Of a stretch of DNA of 64,000 bases, positions 36,811 to 47,845 are shown in pieces. Under the pieces are notes generated by a model, which saw only the letters and a program-made list of their open reading frames with translations, ran no database searches and was not told the DNA's origin. The position numbers and the translations under genes are program-made. This DNA is from an uncultured virus (IMG/VR IMGVR_UViG_3300021197_001080) (lineage: Duplodnaviria > Heunggongvirae > Uroviricota > Caudoviricetes): IMG/VR virus record IMGVR_UViG_3300021197_001080; one strand, 5' to 3'. Each line of letters opens with the position of its first letter. Positions within the stretch are counted from its first letter, which is position 1.

Positions 36811-38312
36811 AGTATTTGGCCATCAGTTATGCTAACTTGCAACTTTCTGCAATGATTGAGAATCAAGAAAAGATGCTCAAGAATATGCAAAAGATGATGG
36901 ATGCTAATCTTAAGGTTGCACAGTCAATAAAAAAAGTTGGCGATGAAACAGAAGAGTCTGAAAAAAAGTTGACTAAGTTTGGTAAAGCCGCAGAGTTTCT
37001 AGCGGGTGAAAAACTCCTAAAACTGAGAAGATTCCTTTATGGGTTTGGAGCAGAGGGTATTTTTAGAGGACTAAACAAAGTCGTTTCCGGGCTAGAACAA
37101 ATTGATGGTGCAATAAGAGCAGTTCGGGCAGTGGGCGGCGGGAAGGGGGGTAAGTTCCTTGATTTCCTAAGTCCAAAAATAGATTTCACCAAGTTTGAAA
37201 GAATGGGTTCTCAGATTAAAGGGGCGCAAACTGCTCAACAGACTTACTTTGGAAGAAGCGGAAGTGCAAGATTAAGAATGAGAGGTAAGGCGTATGGTAT
37301 TTCCCCCGACGCCAATGAGAGACAATACTTAGGTAGAGTTAAGGCTGAAAAAACACTTCGTAGTAAAAGAAACAAAGAACTCCTCACAATGATTACTGGG
37401 ATTAAAAAGCGAGAAGAAGGAATAGGTAGTGGAGTCAAAAAAAGAGCAGAGCAGTTTGTTGATGTTCTCCAAAAAACCGACTTTGGGAAAATATTTGGGC
37501 TTATCAAAAAGCATGTGATTAGGGCCGCTATTCTTTTTAGTGCGATAATTTTCAAAGCAGTTGCCTTTATTGTTATCTTCTATCTCCTGTTCAAAGCCTT
37601 TGGTCCCCAAATCATGGAGGCGTTCAAGGCTACTTTTGACGCTATCAAAGTTGTAGGAAAGATTGCGCTTGCTGGCCTCATGGTAGTTTGGAGTGGCCTA
37701 CAGGACATTTGGAGTGCTTTCTTTGGTGATGGTGATTTGACCACGCTTATTGATGGGCTATTGAAAGTCGCTGGGGGCTTGCTTCTGTTTGTTGCTGGGA
37801 TAGCCATTACTGCCATTACTGCCGGATTGATTTTACTTGGAGGGCTGATAGTAGAGAGTGGGAAGAGAACATTACAGTTTGCTAAAGATTGGAGAGATGG
37901 CCTTATTAGCAACGCAACCAAGATTGCTTTAGTTTTGGCGGCTATTGCTGGAACTATCGCTTTCATTGTTTCGGGAGCATGGGCGGCGGTGATAGCGGCG
38001 AGTATCGGCTTTTATGTGGCAAAGAAACTCGCTGGCCTGCTTGGTTTCTTTGCTAATGGTGGAACAGTCAATTCCCCTCTACAAGTTGTCGGTGAGCGTG
38101 GACCGGAATTAGTTTCTCTTCCAAGAGGCTCTAGAGTTCACAACAATACTCAGTCAAAGCGTATGGCCGCAAGTGGTGGAAACACTTTCAACATCACTAT
38201 CAATGCTAGAGATACTTCGGATGCCGAACTGAGAAGAATAGCCGATAAGATTGGACAGATGGTTAATGGAAGAATTAACCGAAATACTTCTTCTAGAACA
38301 TTGGGAGCGTGA
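36807..38312 (+). CDS. tape measure protein (short)
   Basis: Helical with hydrophobic A/G/I-rich stretches; C-terminal FANGG...VGERGPELV motif. Confidence 0.85.
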   Translation: MKYLAISYANLQLSAMIENQEKMLKNMQKMMDANLKVAQSIKKVGDETEESEKKLTKFGKAAEFLAGEKLLKLRRFLYGFGAEGIFRGLNKVVSGLEQIDGAIRAVRAVGGGKGGKFLDFLSPKIDFTKFERMGSQIKGAQTAQQTYFGRSGSARLRMRGKAYGISPDANERQYLGRVKAEKTLRSKRNKELLTMITGIKKREEGIGSGVKKRAEQFVDVLQKTDFGKIFGLIKKHVIRAAILFSAIIFKAVAFIVIFYLLFKAFGPQIMEAFKATFDAIKVVGKIALAGLMVVWSGLQDIWSAFFGDGDLTTLIDGLLKVAGGLLLFVAGIAITAITAGLILLGGLIVESGKRTLQFAKDWRDGLISNATKIALVLAAIAGTIAFIVSGAWAAVIAASIGFYVAKKLAGLLGFFANGGTVNSPLQVVGERGPELVSLPRGSRVHNNTQSKRMAASGGNTFNITINARDTSDAELRRIADKIGQMVNGRINRNTSSRTLGA

Positions 38313-38316
38313 TTAG

Positions 38317-38406
38317 ATGAGAGAGTTCTATGTGTATTTGAAACTTCAACAGTTCAATAGCGATACTGACCTACAAGTTGACACTATTCCACTTAGGGCA
38401 ACTTCT
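38317..38406 (+). CDS. 5' fragment of tail-tip (Dit-like?) gene truncated by assembly gap
   Basis: ATG right after the TMP stop; runs into Ns. Confidence 0.45.
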
Positions 38407-38506
38407 NNNNNNNNNNNNNNNNNNNNNNNNNNNNNNNNNNNNNNNNNNNNNNNNNNNNNNNNNNNNNNNNNNNNNNNNNNNNNNNNNNNNNNNNNNNNNN
38501 NNNNNN
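38407..38506. other. scaffold gap (100 N)
   Basis: Run of N. Confidence 1.
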
Positions 38507-39604
38507 AATCAGCGTTCTCTTGTCTTCCCTGTGATGTGCAATGCCTTTGCAACGATTGACTACTCCGCTAATGTTCCCGATGGTAACACAGGCGCAGACC
38601 TAACGGATGAGGCCGCTTATGGAATTTGGGCGCATGAGGGAGACTTTACCTTTGAAGCCGTTATAACTCCGTATGACATTAACGGGTATGGGACTTATGC
38701 TTCTGCTAGAACTGCTCCAAGCATTACTGCATCAAAGAAAATTATGCCTGCCGTAAATCAATCTGTTTATGATGCAAGCGACGAAGGCGACTACGAAGGA
38801 GAACTGTACCTCTCAAGAACAAATCGCCTTACTCATGAAATGATGATTTTCCACAGCACGGATTTTCAAATAAGCCTTGTGAACACTTCTCTACATAACG
38901 AGAATCAACCTGCTACTTACAAGATTAGAGTGAGAATTCGCTTGGGTAGCACTACCGAAACCATAGATACAGATACGGTTATCTCTCCAAACATTGAGAG
39001 ACATTTCTTCTACAACGGAGTTGCTGGCTTTACCTCAGATGGTAAGATTAAATTTGACAGTAGTGGAACTATTACTTCTGTAAGCGGCACTACGCTTGTG
39101 GTTTCTAGCACAACCAACTTCTACGAAGGGCTAGAATTGTTTTATCGGGATGGTGGGAACTACATAAGTTTGGGAACAATCTCTTCTGTTGATTCCTCTA
39201 CTGACCTTACTATGTCTACTACAGTTGACACTTCTGCTACTGGGAACATTTACATTCACGAAGATAAAGACCCGCTTTACATAAACAATCTGTTTCACAT
39301 TGCTTGCGCTTGGAATGATACTGGAAGAACACTTAGAGTCTACTTCAATGGAAAGTTGGTTAAGACGGCCAGCCATTCTCAGACCGACTCTTTTTCCTTT
39401 TCAAGAGAAGACCTCTACATTGGGGCTAATGGGAGTGCCTCTACCGGTGCTGGTTCTGCAACAACTAATAAGCAGTTTATGGGGGAGATGCACGAAATGG
39501 CTCTCCTAGACTACACTAAAAATCAGTTTTCTGGAAGAAATAATCTGCTTCCAAATTATGATAATACGCTTTTGTATCTTAGGTTTGAGGAGGTGGACTT
39601 GTAA
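38507..39604 (+). CDS. LamG/concanavalin-like tail protein (5' end lost in gap)
   Basis: DFTFEAVI, FHIACAWND, RVYFNG, LYIGA, FMGEMHE motifs. Confidence 0.7.
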   Translation, partial: NQRSLVFPVMCNAFATIDYSANVPDGNTGADLTDEAAYGIWAHEGDFTFEAVITPYDINGYGTYASARTAPSITASKKIMPAVNQSVYDASDEGDYEGELYLSRTNRLTHEMMIFHSTDFQISLVNTSLHNENQPATYKIRVRIRLGSTTETIDTDTVISPNIERHFFYNGVAGFTSDGKIKFDSSGTITSVSGTTLVVSSTTNFYEGLELFYRDGGNYISLGTISSVDSSTDLTMSTTVDTSATGNIYIHEDKDPLYINNLFHIACAWNDTGRTLRVYFNGKLVKTASHSQTDSFSFSREDLYIGANGSASTGAGSATTNKQFMGEMHEMALLDYTKNQFSGRNNLLPNYDNTLLYLRFEEVDL

Positions 39605-41312
39605 TGGCGTTGGCTCTTAATCCAGCAGGTGCGGCTGATGATGCTCCTACGAACCCAATGTTCGCACAAACTTCTTTTTCAGATAACGAAAGAATGTTTA
39701 CTGCGGTTGTTCCTAATGGTGACATTTCATTTACTGTTGCCCACTTCGCAGGCTCAGTTACAGAATATTCTAATCTTCACAATACCAAAGGTTTTCGGAT
39801 TAAGTGCTATGATGCCTTAACAACTGATGGGGTTTTGTTCAATCCCAGCGACTTTGATACTTATGACTACTTTGTGTTGATTTATTCGGATGATGACTAC
39901 AAGCACCACTTTGCTAGAATTAAGGAGGTTATCAACGAAGATGCAACCGGGGATGCTTTTGAGTTTGAGCCAAAGATTGGAAATGAAATCCCAAAGAATA
40001 CTAAGTTTATGATTTTCAAGGGGCCAGCGAAGACGGATGATATTATTGCCGTTTCTGCTGGTATTCTCCAAGACTCCACTACTGCTAATCTTGAATCAAA
40101 CTTGGTTTGTGCCAGACCATTATTTTATTTCTATGAGGGCTTGGATAAAGATGGAGAATTAAATCATGACACTAAATATTATGTCATGCAAAATGGAGGT
40201 TCTGCGGCTTCATATACTCTTAGCAAAGACTCGTTGAGTGGTAACAAGGATGCTCACACCTTTATCACGAAACAAGACTTTGGGCAAACAATTGTGGATT
40301 ATAGTAAATTCTCTCTAAGAGTGACAGTCACGGACAAACTGAGAACGCTGGACACGGACTACCCGTTGACTACAAATGAAGGGCAATCCGTTGCATATCA
40401 AGGCCATAATTATGACGCCAACTACCCAAATGCTCGCAGGGATAGCGACGGCGACATCACTACCCGCTCACACATAGGGCCAAAGAGATACTTGCACTAC
40501 GGTCATTCACCACTAAGAGCCAATTTTACTTATGGTGTTTACAGTCATGAAACAGATGATTCGGTTAGTGGGAGAGGTGGTTTTTCTGAAACTAAGATTG
40601 TTGATACGGCCCGAATTCTACAAAAGAAAATCACTGAGTTTACCGACTATAAGGTGAGACACATTGTTCATAGGTCAGAACTTGATGATTGGTTTGCTCT
40701 ATCGGCAACCCTTGACTCCGATGATGGGTCTCATGGATTTACTTTCAATACTGATTTTGACCTAGATGATTTCATCAATGTTGGAGATGAAATGAAACTT
40801 GACGGTAGAATCTATGTTGTTCATAGTATTGGCTTATTTGGCAATTTCTCGCAAACCATCACAATGAGGAATAGAAGCCGTTTAGAAACTGAATCCATTT
40901 TAAGTTCGGGCTATTATACCCCTTCTTCTGGAGGAATTCTTTATCGTCGGGCTTACAACTATACTGATAAAACATTAATGGTTGATTTTGACCTTATTGA
41001 TAGTAGATTCTCAAAACTAAGCGTATCTTTTGTTTCGTTTAATATGGAAGAACTGTTTGCCTCTGTTTCCGCCGTAGACTCAACCAAGCAAATGATTACT
41101 CTAGCGTTCACTGGAGACTCGTATTATGGCGACCCTATGCGATACACCGCTGGTGAGTTCCTTGTCCATGTAGAACGCTTTAACGGTGAAGTAGAGCAAA
41201 TCTCCAGCAAGAAGGAGAACGGCCAAACTGTCTTTGAAATCAAAGGTCGTGACAAGTTCAACAAGTTGATTTCCCCCATTGTAAACCTCAACAGTTTGTT
41301 TAGTGAAGATAT
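39604..41312 (+). CDS. giant tail-tip/hub protein, N-terminal part
   Basis: Open to the gap; ends with FEIKGRD, a hub-like segment. Probably contiguous with the next part. Confidence 0.65.
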
Positions 41313-41412
41313 NNNNNNNNNNNNNNNNNNNNNNNNNNNNNNNNNNNNNNNNNNNNNNNNNNNNNNNNNNNNNNNNNNNNNNNNNNNNNNNNNNNNNNNN
41401 NNNNNNNNNNNN
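41313..41412. other. scaffold gap (100 N)
   Basis: Run of N. Confidence 1.
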
Positions 41413-41413
41413 A

Positions 41414-44400
41414 GAAGCAATCTATATGGAAACAGAGAAAAACTATGTTTTCCTAAAGGCTCTCGGTTCTTCACATCTTACGACTAACTCTCCAACTTCC
41501 CTTACAGGTTCGGCAAATAAAGGCATATTCTTCACTGGAGGAAACGAAATAAATGCGTCTACTGGGGCAGAAACCTCTTTGCTTGCAGGAACAAGTAGCA
41601 ATTCTGACCCTAGAGCAGTCGGGTATGCTATCAACAAACCAAGTTCAATCTCCGAAGACCGCAGTTTCCAAGCAAAACTACACGATGAGTTTGGTACTAG
41701 TGACCCAGCCACCTTTGATACCGTCAACACTTTGATGGACTTTGAAGTGGTTAACATTAGTAAGAAAGACAACTTTTCGGAAATTGAATTGGCCCCTTAC
41801 ATCCCCATTACTTTGGGAAGAAAGGTAGAGTACCACTTTGACACTACTGAATACACCTTTACACAGGCCGCTACTGTTACTACAGTTTCAACAGAAACAG
41901 ACGATTCTTACTTCATCACAACCTCTACTACCGCTTATGACTTGAATCCCGGAGATTCATTGTTTGTGGGGGACTCCAAGACTTTTGTTGGAAAGGTGTC
42001 TAGAATTGAGATTGCAACTACTTCTTTGGCAGTAGGAACCTATGTCTACTTGGACAGGACACTTTACAACTTTAGTGTGTCGGACATTGTGTATAGCGTC
42101 GCAAAGCCTACTCACGATTTGGTGTTTGTTAATGGAGCGCATCTATGGGGTGGGAAGATACTCACTATTCCACATCCTCTCTTGAGTAGCAGTTACGGAA
42201 CCTTGCCGTTGAATCTAGAGAATATCAATTCGGGTTCCGGTGACTATGCGAAAAAACATGGACAACTCTACTACAAGATGAATGGGAGGACTGTTGGGAA
42301 TTTCGGGCTAGAGAAGGGGCTTTTTAGAGATACGGGCTTCGGTTCTAGGTATATTCTTCCTAAGTTTTACAACAACAAATCACTTCTAAACCACCATAGC
42401 GAGGCATATCAATTCAAACCGAATGTCTTGTCAAGCAATCTAAACTTGTTTGACAGGACAGACAGTTCACATCGGTCTTTTCAAGTGGACTTTAGAGGCC
42501 ATACTAGTTCATTTGGTTCAAATGGAGCAAATACTCGCATCCATACAGATGAGGACGAAAATAAGTACAAAGGTACTTCCTTTGAACAGAACATGGTTAA
42601 GTTTGTAGATTACGACCAATCTGCATTGAGACTGTTCCTTTACATCACCTCTGACCTATTGCCTTACTCTTCTCTTAGAGCCGATAGTCTCATGAGAAGC
42701 GATAAGACACTCAATGAATATTCTATGTTCTTTTCGGAAAGTAAAAACACAAAGGATTCCAGTGTTGGACTAGGAAGCCGACTGGCATTGCGGGATTCTA
42801 ATTTCCAAACCTCTGCTATCCAAAGTAGTCAAGACATTTCTACTCTGAAACGCTTTGGCCTCATGCGTTTAACAGAGTTGTGTTTTGACTTCCTGTTTAA
42901 CCCAATCAATCCCGAAAAGCCAATTCCTTCTAAGATTGCAGGGGGTATCTCTTACCAAATGGGTTCTTATGTAGTTGACCCGGACAGTTATGGGAACATG
43001 GCCGTTTCAAGTATCAATGGGACAACTATCACATTCAGTAGTTCTCAAACTTTGAGCGCAAATAACAAACTCTACGATGTGGATAATGGTCAATACATTG
43101 GAGAAATTGCTAGTGGTAGTGGCACCACATACACTCTTTCTGCTAACGGCAGACTAACCCAAGATGGCTCTAGGGCAAACAACGCAGTCGTCGTTGAAAC
43201 AGAAGGGCATTCATTTTACGGTAAGAATCAAAAAGATAGCGTCTACAAAGTTCAACTGGGTTCAATAAATCCTTTGAAGTGCGTTATCCTGCCCGATACT
43301 AGTGGTTGGGGACAAGCGAGCGGCGACAAATATTACGGAGACAATGATGACAATGCTGTTTCTTTTAGTGGCGATGGTGAGATTCTTTTGCCTCTCTTTA
43401 CCGATATAATTTCTAGTGGGGATGGTGGTGCTGGGTTGAAAGTTAACACACACTTTCCGGAGGCTAGCGACATTCGGACCATTCAAAATCTAGCCAACTC
43501 AATCCGCTACGCTACAGGAACACATGGCATATCGTCTACGATTGGAGTTGTCCTTGGAACTTATGAGGTTGAAAATGCAACAAAGCAACACCCGGCGAGG
43601 GTTGGAATGACAACTCAAATCCTAGCAGGCTCGGAAAGCCTTGCTCTGCTGGATAGCACAACCGATGCTTCCTTGAATCCAGTTGAGGGTTATCATGTTA
43701 CTTTGCATGATGATGCCTTTCAATTCAAGACCGTTGAGAATCTAGGGGATACTTCCCATGATTTTCTCTCTAAGCCTTACGGTGTTGCTGGGGTGAATAT
43801 GGTTTTCAAACCAAGGCTCTACACCCATACTCTACCAACGGTTACAGATGTAAAATCTTCAAATGGTGTTTTGAAGAAGAACACCATAAGTGTAAGCACC
43901 GGGCGAAATTCTTTTTTGAAATATATTGACTTGACTGGTTGTTATTTGGTTCCCGAAACAGGCAGACATGTTACCGGGACTGCTGTGACCACCTCAAACA
44001 CCTACAATTTTGTAGACGCCACCGACAAATCTGTTTCCGAAGAACTGGGAATTAGCATGAATAACATCTCGCCCTTTAACTTCGTCCATATCGTTGCTCA
44101 TGAAGTAGACGACACGACCTCAACTAATCACCATTTAATTACAGATTCCGCACTACTCAGTAATACTCCTTATAGAATTTTACAACCAAACGAAACTTGT
44201 CTTTACGACTTCTTTCCCGACAAACTAAACATTGGAACTCTCTCCTCGGAATACACAAAAGTACCGGGAGAGCGCAAAGTGTTCAGCACCAAAGACAACT
44301 ACAAAGTGAGAGAAGGAAACGATGAGACTCCGGGTAACTTCATTGAGAATGAAGGGGTTCTATCTATGTTTGTCGTTGTAGATTCTGATAGGCAGAATGC

Positions 44401-45562
44401 TGGGCCAAGCCTCGTTCAAGATACTATTAGGAATGTTTTACCCGAAGGAGAACATTCTCTGTTCTTTAGTGACGGGGAGAATAGCAAGAAAATGAGCGTT
44501 ATCTGTGAAGAGAATGCTTTTATTGATAGTATCACTCTTTCTGAAAAAGTCAACATGAAGGGCGTTGTCTCTGTCTCGGAAACCTTTACCGTCACTACCT
44601 TTGATGAGATGAAAATCAATCCTAACAGAGTCGCTATCGGTAGTACCGCTACTGTTTGCTTGGAAGCCGAGGACCTCATCAATGAATTGTTTGAACAAAA
44701 CAACATTGATTTCACTATTCCGGACAACCCGGAATACCCATATTACCTTGCTCCTAACTTCAAAGGCATTGACCTTTATTCCGCTATCCGTTTCATTATG
44801 GAAAAGAAAGACTTTGTTCTCACGGAAGATGCCGGTACTTTCTCAGTTACTCAAGGAGATGACTCTTCGCATTACAGTAACATCACAATCAACGATACTG
44901 GTGACTTTAGACTGGTTGAATTTGAAAGGGAAACGACGCTATTTGATTTCTATAATGAGATTATCGTTTATGGTAGTTCACATAAAGCATTGAGAAAGGA
45001 TTTGAGAAGTGTCCAAAAGCGTGGCAGAAAGACTCTGGAACACCACGATAAGACATTGGTTACACAGGAAGAGACTGATAAGAAAGCCTTTGAGTTGCTG
45101 AGATTGCATTCCACATTTAATCAAAAACTCATCATGACTGTTGGTGTAAAGGGTATTTCTCAACTAAGAGCAGGTGACATTATCAATGTGGAAATTAAAC
45201 AAGAGAACATTGAGTTCGGGCAGTTTATGGTTCTACAAGTTGAGCATCTTCTTACTGGTCTGATGCGCCTAGAGTTGGGAAGATACTCCAAGCAACTCTC
45301 TGACCTTTTCTCGGAATTACTCATCACTACAAAGCAAATCAACTCTAATCTGAGAAATGACAAATTTGATGAAAAGAGCACATCGTTTGATTTCTTAGAA
45401 ACCATAAAACTGAAAGAACTCCGCTTGCTAGTGAGAAAGAGAAGCACTACCGGGAACTTCCCCCTTGGGTTTAGTGAAACGCTAAATACGAGCACTCACG
45501 AATTGGGCTTTGAGGGCGGGACAGTTACTATTACCAACTTGATTGACGAGGACTTATCATGA
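41414..45562 (+). CDS. giant tail-tip/hub protein, C-terminal part
   Basis: >1380 aa open frame; C-terminal NEIIVYG...LRAGDIINVE...FMVLQVEH..RLELG typical of tail hub proteins. Confidence 0.7.
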   Translation, partial: EAIYMETEKNYVFLKALGSSHLTTNSPTSLTGSANKGIFFTGGNEINASTGAETSLLAGTSSNSDPRAVGYAINKPSSISEDRSFQAKLHDEFGTSDPATFDTVNTLMDFEVVNISKKDNFSEIELAPYIPITLGRKVEYHFDTTEYTFTQAATVTTVSTETDDSYFITTSTTAYDLNPGDSLFVGDSKTFVGKVSRIEIATTSLAVGTYVYLDRTLYNFSVSDIVYSVAKPTHDLVFVNGAHLWGGKILTIPHPLLSSSYGTLPLNLENINSGSGDYAKKHGQLYYKMNGRTVGNFGLEKGLFRDTGFGSRYILPKFYNNKSLLNHHSEAYQFKPNVLSSNLNLFDRTDSSHRSFQVDFRGHTSSFGSNGANTRIHTDEDENKYKGTSFEQNMVKFVDYDQSALRLFLYITSDLLPYSSLRADSLMRSDKTLNEYSMFFSESKNTKDSSVGLGSRLALRDSNFQTSAIQSSQDISTLKRFGLMRLTELCFDFLFNPINPEKPIPSKIAGGISYQMGSYVVDPDSYGNMAVSSINGTTITFSSSQTLSANNKLYDVDNGQYIGEIASGSGTTYTLSANGRLTQDGSRANNAVVVETEGHSFYGKNQKDSVYKVQLGSINPLKCVILPDTSGWGQASGDKYYGDNDDNAVSFSGDGEILLPLFTDIISSGDGGAGLKVNTHFPEASDIRTIQNLANSIRYATGTHGISSTIGVVLGTYEVENATKQHPARVGMTTQILAGSESLALLDSTTDASLNPVEGYHVTLHDDAFQFKTVENLGDTSHDFLSKPYGVAGVNMVFKPRLYTHTLPTVTDVKSSNGVLKKNTISVSTGRNSFLKYIDLTGCYLVPETGRHVTGTAVTTSNTYNFVDATDKSVSEELGISMNNISPFNFVHIVAHEVDDTTSTNHHLITDSALLSNTPYRILQPNETCLYDFFPDKLNIGTLSSEYTKVPGERKVFSTKDNYKVREGNDETPGNFIENEGVLSMFVVVDSDRQNAGPSLVQDTIRNVLPEGEHSLFFSDGENSKKMSVICEENAFIDSITLSEKVNMKGVVSVSETFTVTTFDEMKINPNRVAIGSTATVCLEAEDLINELFEQNNIDFTIPDNPEYPYYLAPNFKGIDLYSAIRFIMEKKDFVLTEDAGTFSVTQGDDSSHYSNITINDTGDFRLVEFERETTLFDFYNEIIVYGSSHKALRKDLRSVQKRGRKTLEHHDKTLVTQEETDKKAFELLRLHSTFNQKLIMTVGVKGISQLRAGDIINVEIKQENIEFGQFMVLQVEHLLTGLMRLELGRYSKQLSDLFSELLITTKQINSNLRNDKFDEKSTSFDFLETIKLKELRLLVRKRSTTGNFPLGFSETLNTSTHELGFEGGTVTITNLIDEDLS

Positions 45563-45933
45563 TAACAGACACTTTGAAGGAAGCCATCGCTACTTACCTA
45601 GCAACTGCCGCAACACCCTACATCAATTCGGGGAAGATTGGCTTGGGTGGTAACTCCACTAACCCCACTTCAACGGCTCTAGATGTTCCTCTCTCCGTGA
45701 CCCCGACAATTATTAGGTCAAAGTCCGATATTAATGTGGTTGAAGTTAAACTGTCTATTGCAGGTTCTAGCATTCAAGGGAAGGTAATTAGAGAAGCGGG
45801 TATCTTTGACGATGGTAGCGCACAAAGCCCTACAAGAGATGATTATATGCTCCAAAGAGTCAACTTTGAAGGAGTTGGACCATTCGCAACAAATGAAACT
45901 CTTGAGATTTTTATTCTAATGGAGGTTGAGTAA
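45559..45933 (+). CDS. small baseplate/fibre-attachment-like protein
   Basis: IGLGG...IREAGIFD pattern. Confidence 0.55.
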   Translation: MITDTLKEAIATYLATAATPYINSGKIGLGGNSTNPTSTALDVPLSVTPTIIRSKSDINVVEVKLSIAGSSIQGKVIREAGIFDDGSAQSPTRDDYMLQRVNFEGVGPFATNETLEIFILMEVE

Positions 45934-45934
45934 T

Positions 45935-47845
45935 ATGGTAAGTAACCCTAATTTTTATGGACAAAGCACGACTGGAACACCGAATCAGATTGAAGATGGC
46001 GTAGATTTTCCACATACAGGAATAATCAAAGCCCTTGCTGATGGTTTAGGTCAAAACTATGGTATTAGCGGTTTTGATATTACTACTGATAGCGCAACCC
46101 AAATTGATGTTGGGGCTGGTGTTATTATCAGAGATGGTAAAAGAGAAGCCATTGATGCCGTTTCTAACTTGACTTTGAGTTTGACTTCTTCTGGCAACAA
46201 TTACCATTTAGTAGTTGTTGATAAAGATGACAATATTGTAATTAGAAGCCCTAGTGCGGCAGATAAGGTTGCAGAATATACAGTAAGGACTTCTTCCGAA
46301 GCGCAAGGAGATACTATCATTGCAGTTGTTACATACAATGGTAATGACCCTATGCCTATTCAATATCTAACTGTTGATAAAGCAGAAAATTCTCTTTCGG
46401 TTGGCTATAGTAATAGCGGCACATATACTGAAGCCGGTTCCTTAACGGGGGATTCTAATGGAATCACAATGACGGGACTATACAAATTAGATACTCTACC
46501 TACTGCTACTGTGGATTCGGCACAGAGTAAAATACTTATTCAAGATGGAGATAACACAGATGAAATTAGAACGGTTACTGCTGGAGATGTTGGGGATTTA
46601 GGAAAACAAGACCTACAAGGAGTCTCTAATCTAGGAGCCACCACTACTACCAGTTTAACTGCGGCAAGTTTCATTAAAACGGGTGGAACCAGTAGTCAAT
46701 TCCTAAAGGCAGATGGTTCTTCTGATAGTTCCACTTACTTGACTGTTGAATCCGATACATTAGATTCAGTTACAGTAAGAGGCAGTACAACTGCTAACGC
46801 TATTGGTATTGGGGGGCTAACCAATGATGGGCACTTATTGTCAAGCACATTAGATGGCGGATTAGCGGCAACAGATTTAGCATCAGCATCAAAGACCGCA
46901 AATATCTATTACATTACCGGGGCAGTTGCTTTGGGAGATGCACTAAATAAGCAGATTATTCAAATTAAAAATACTGATACTGCGTCAGTTACTATTACTT
47001 CCACTTCTCCGTTTGATGGAGGTGTTGGGTCATTAACAGACCAAAGAGTGACTACTACTACCACCGTTGTTTTGGAATCAAATGAAGCCATCACTTGTCA
47101 ATTTAGAACTGATGGACCCAATCCTCAAGGGTGGTATATTCTTGATACTGATGTTGATACTGATACCGATACTGGAATCTTAAATGTTGTAGAAGATACT
47201 ACTCCACAATTGGGTGGAGACTTAGATGTAAACGGTAATAGCATTGTTTCTACATCAAATGGAGATATTGCTATTGAACCACATGGAACTGGTAGTTTGA
47301 CAGTTTCAAACAACATTGAAATCGCTGATGGTAAATACATCAAATGGGGAACGGATTCTTACCTTCAGTCTAACGCTTCGGGGGTTGATTTGACAATTCG
47401 TGCTACCGACGATTTAATTATGAATGCAACAGACGCAATCGGTCTACAAAATGGTAGTAACTTTACAATGTGGCTAACAGGAACTAATAGGGTAGGTGTT
47501 GGAACTACAACTCCAACCGCTACTCTTGATGTTGCTGATGGTAAAACATTTAGAACCCCAAGATTGCTAACAGTTAGTATTTCCGCAGATGACACCTTAA
47601 CCGAAACCGAACACGCTGGTAGGTATTGCTTCGTAACTGGTAGTAGTCGTACAATTACTTTAGGGGCTGCGGCGGCTGATATTGTTGCAGGTATTCACTA
47701 TTCCTTAATTAGCAACGACGCTAACGGATTTACATTAACCTCTACAAAAACCATGAATGGTTCTTCAAGTGATATTACCGTTGATGCTAGAAACGCAGTA
47801 ACGATTATCGCTGATGGTTCTAATTATGTTGTATTGGGAGCGTGA
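45935..47845 (+). CDS. tail fibre protein
   Basis: T/G/S/D-rich; FLKADGS, VEDTTPQLGGDLDVNG and VGVGTTTP..LDV fibre motifs. Confidence 0.8.
   Translation: MVSNPNFYGQSTTGTPNQIEDGVDFPHTGIIKALADGLGQNYGISGFDITTDSATQIDVGAGVIIRDGKREAIDAVSNLTLSLTSSGNNYHLVVVDKDDNIVIRSPSAADKVAEYTVRTSSEAQGDTIIAVVTYNGNDPMPIQYLTVDKAENSLSVGYSNSGTYTEAGSLTGDSNGITMTGLYKLDTLPTATVDSAQSKILIQDGDNTDEIRTVTAGDVGDLGKQDLQGVSNLGATTTTSLTAASFIKTGGTSSQFLKADGSSDSSTYLTVESDTLDSVTVRGSTTANAIGIGGLTNDGHLLSSTLDGGLAATDLASASKTANIYYITGAVALGDALNKQIIQIKNTDTASVTITSTSPFDGGVGSLTDQRVTTTTTVVLESNEAITCQFRTDGPNPQGWYILDTDVDTDTDTGILNVVEDTTPQLGGDLDVNGNSIVSTSNGDIAIEPHGTGSLTVSNNIEIADGKYIKWGTDSYLQSNASGVDLTIRATDDLIMNATDAIGLQNGSNFTMWLTGTNRVGVGTTTPTATLDVADGKTFRTPRLLTVSISADDTLTETEHAGRYCFVTGSSRTITLGAAAADIVAGIHYSLISNDANGFTLTSTKTMNGSSSDITVDARNAVTIIADGSNYVVLGA

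Noticed and set aside
38407..41412. Frameshifts/pseudogenes in tail genes
   Set aside because: The frame changes coincide with 100-N placeholder gaps.
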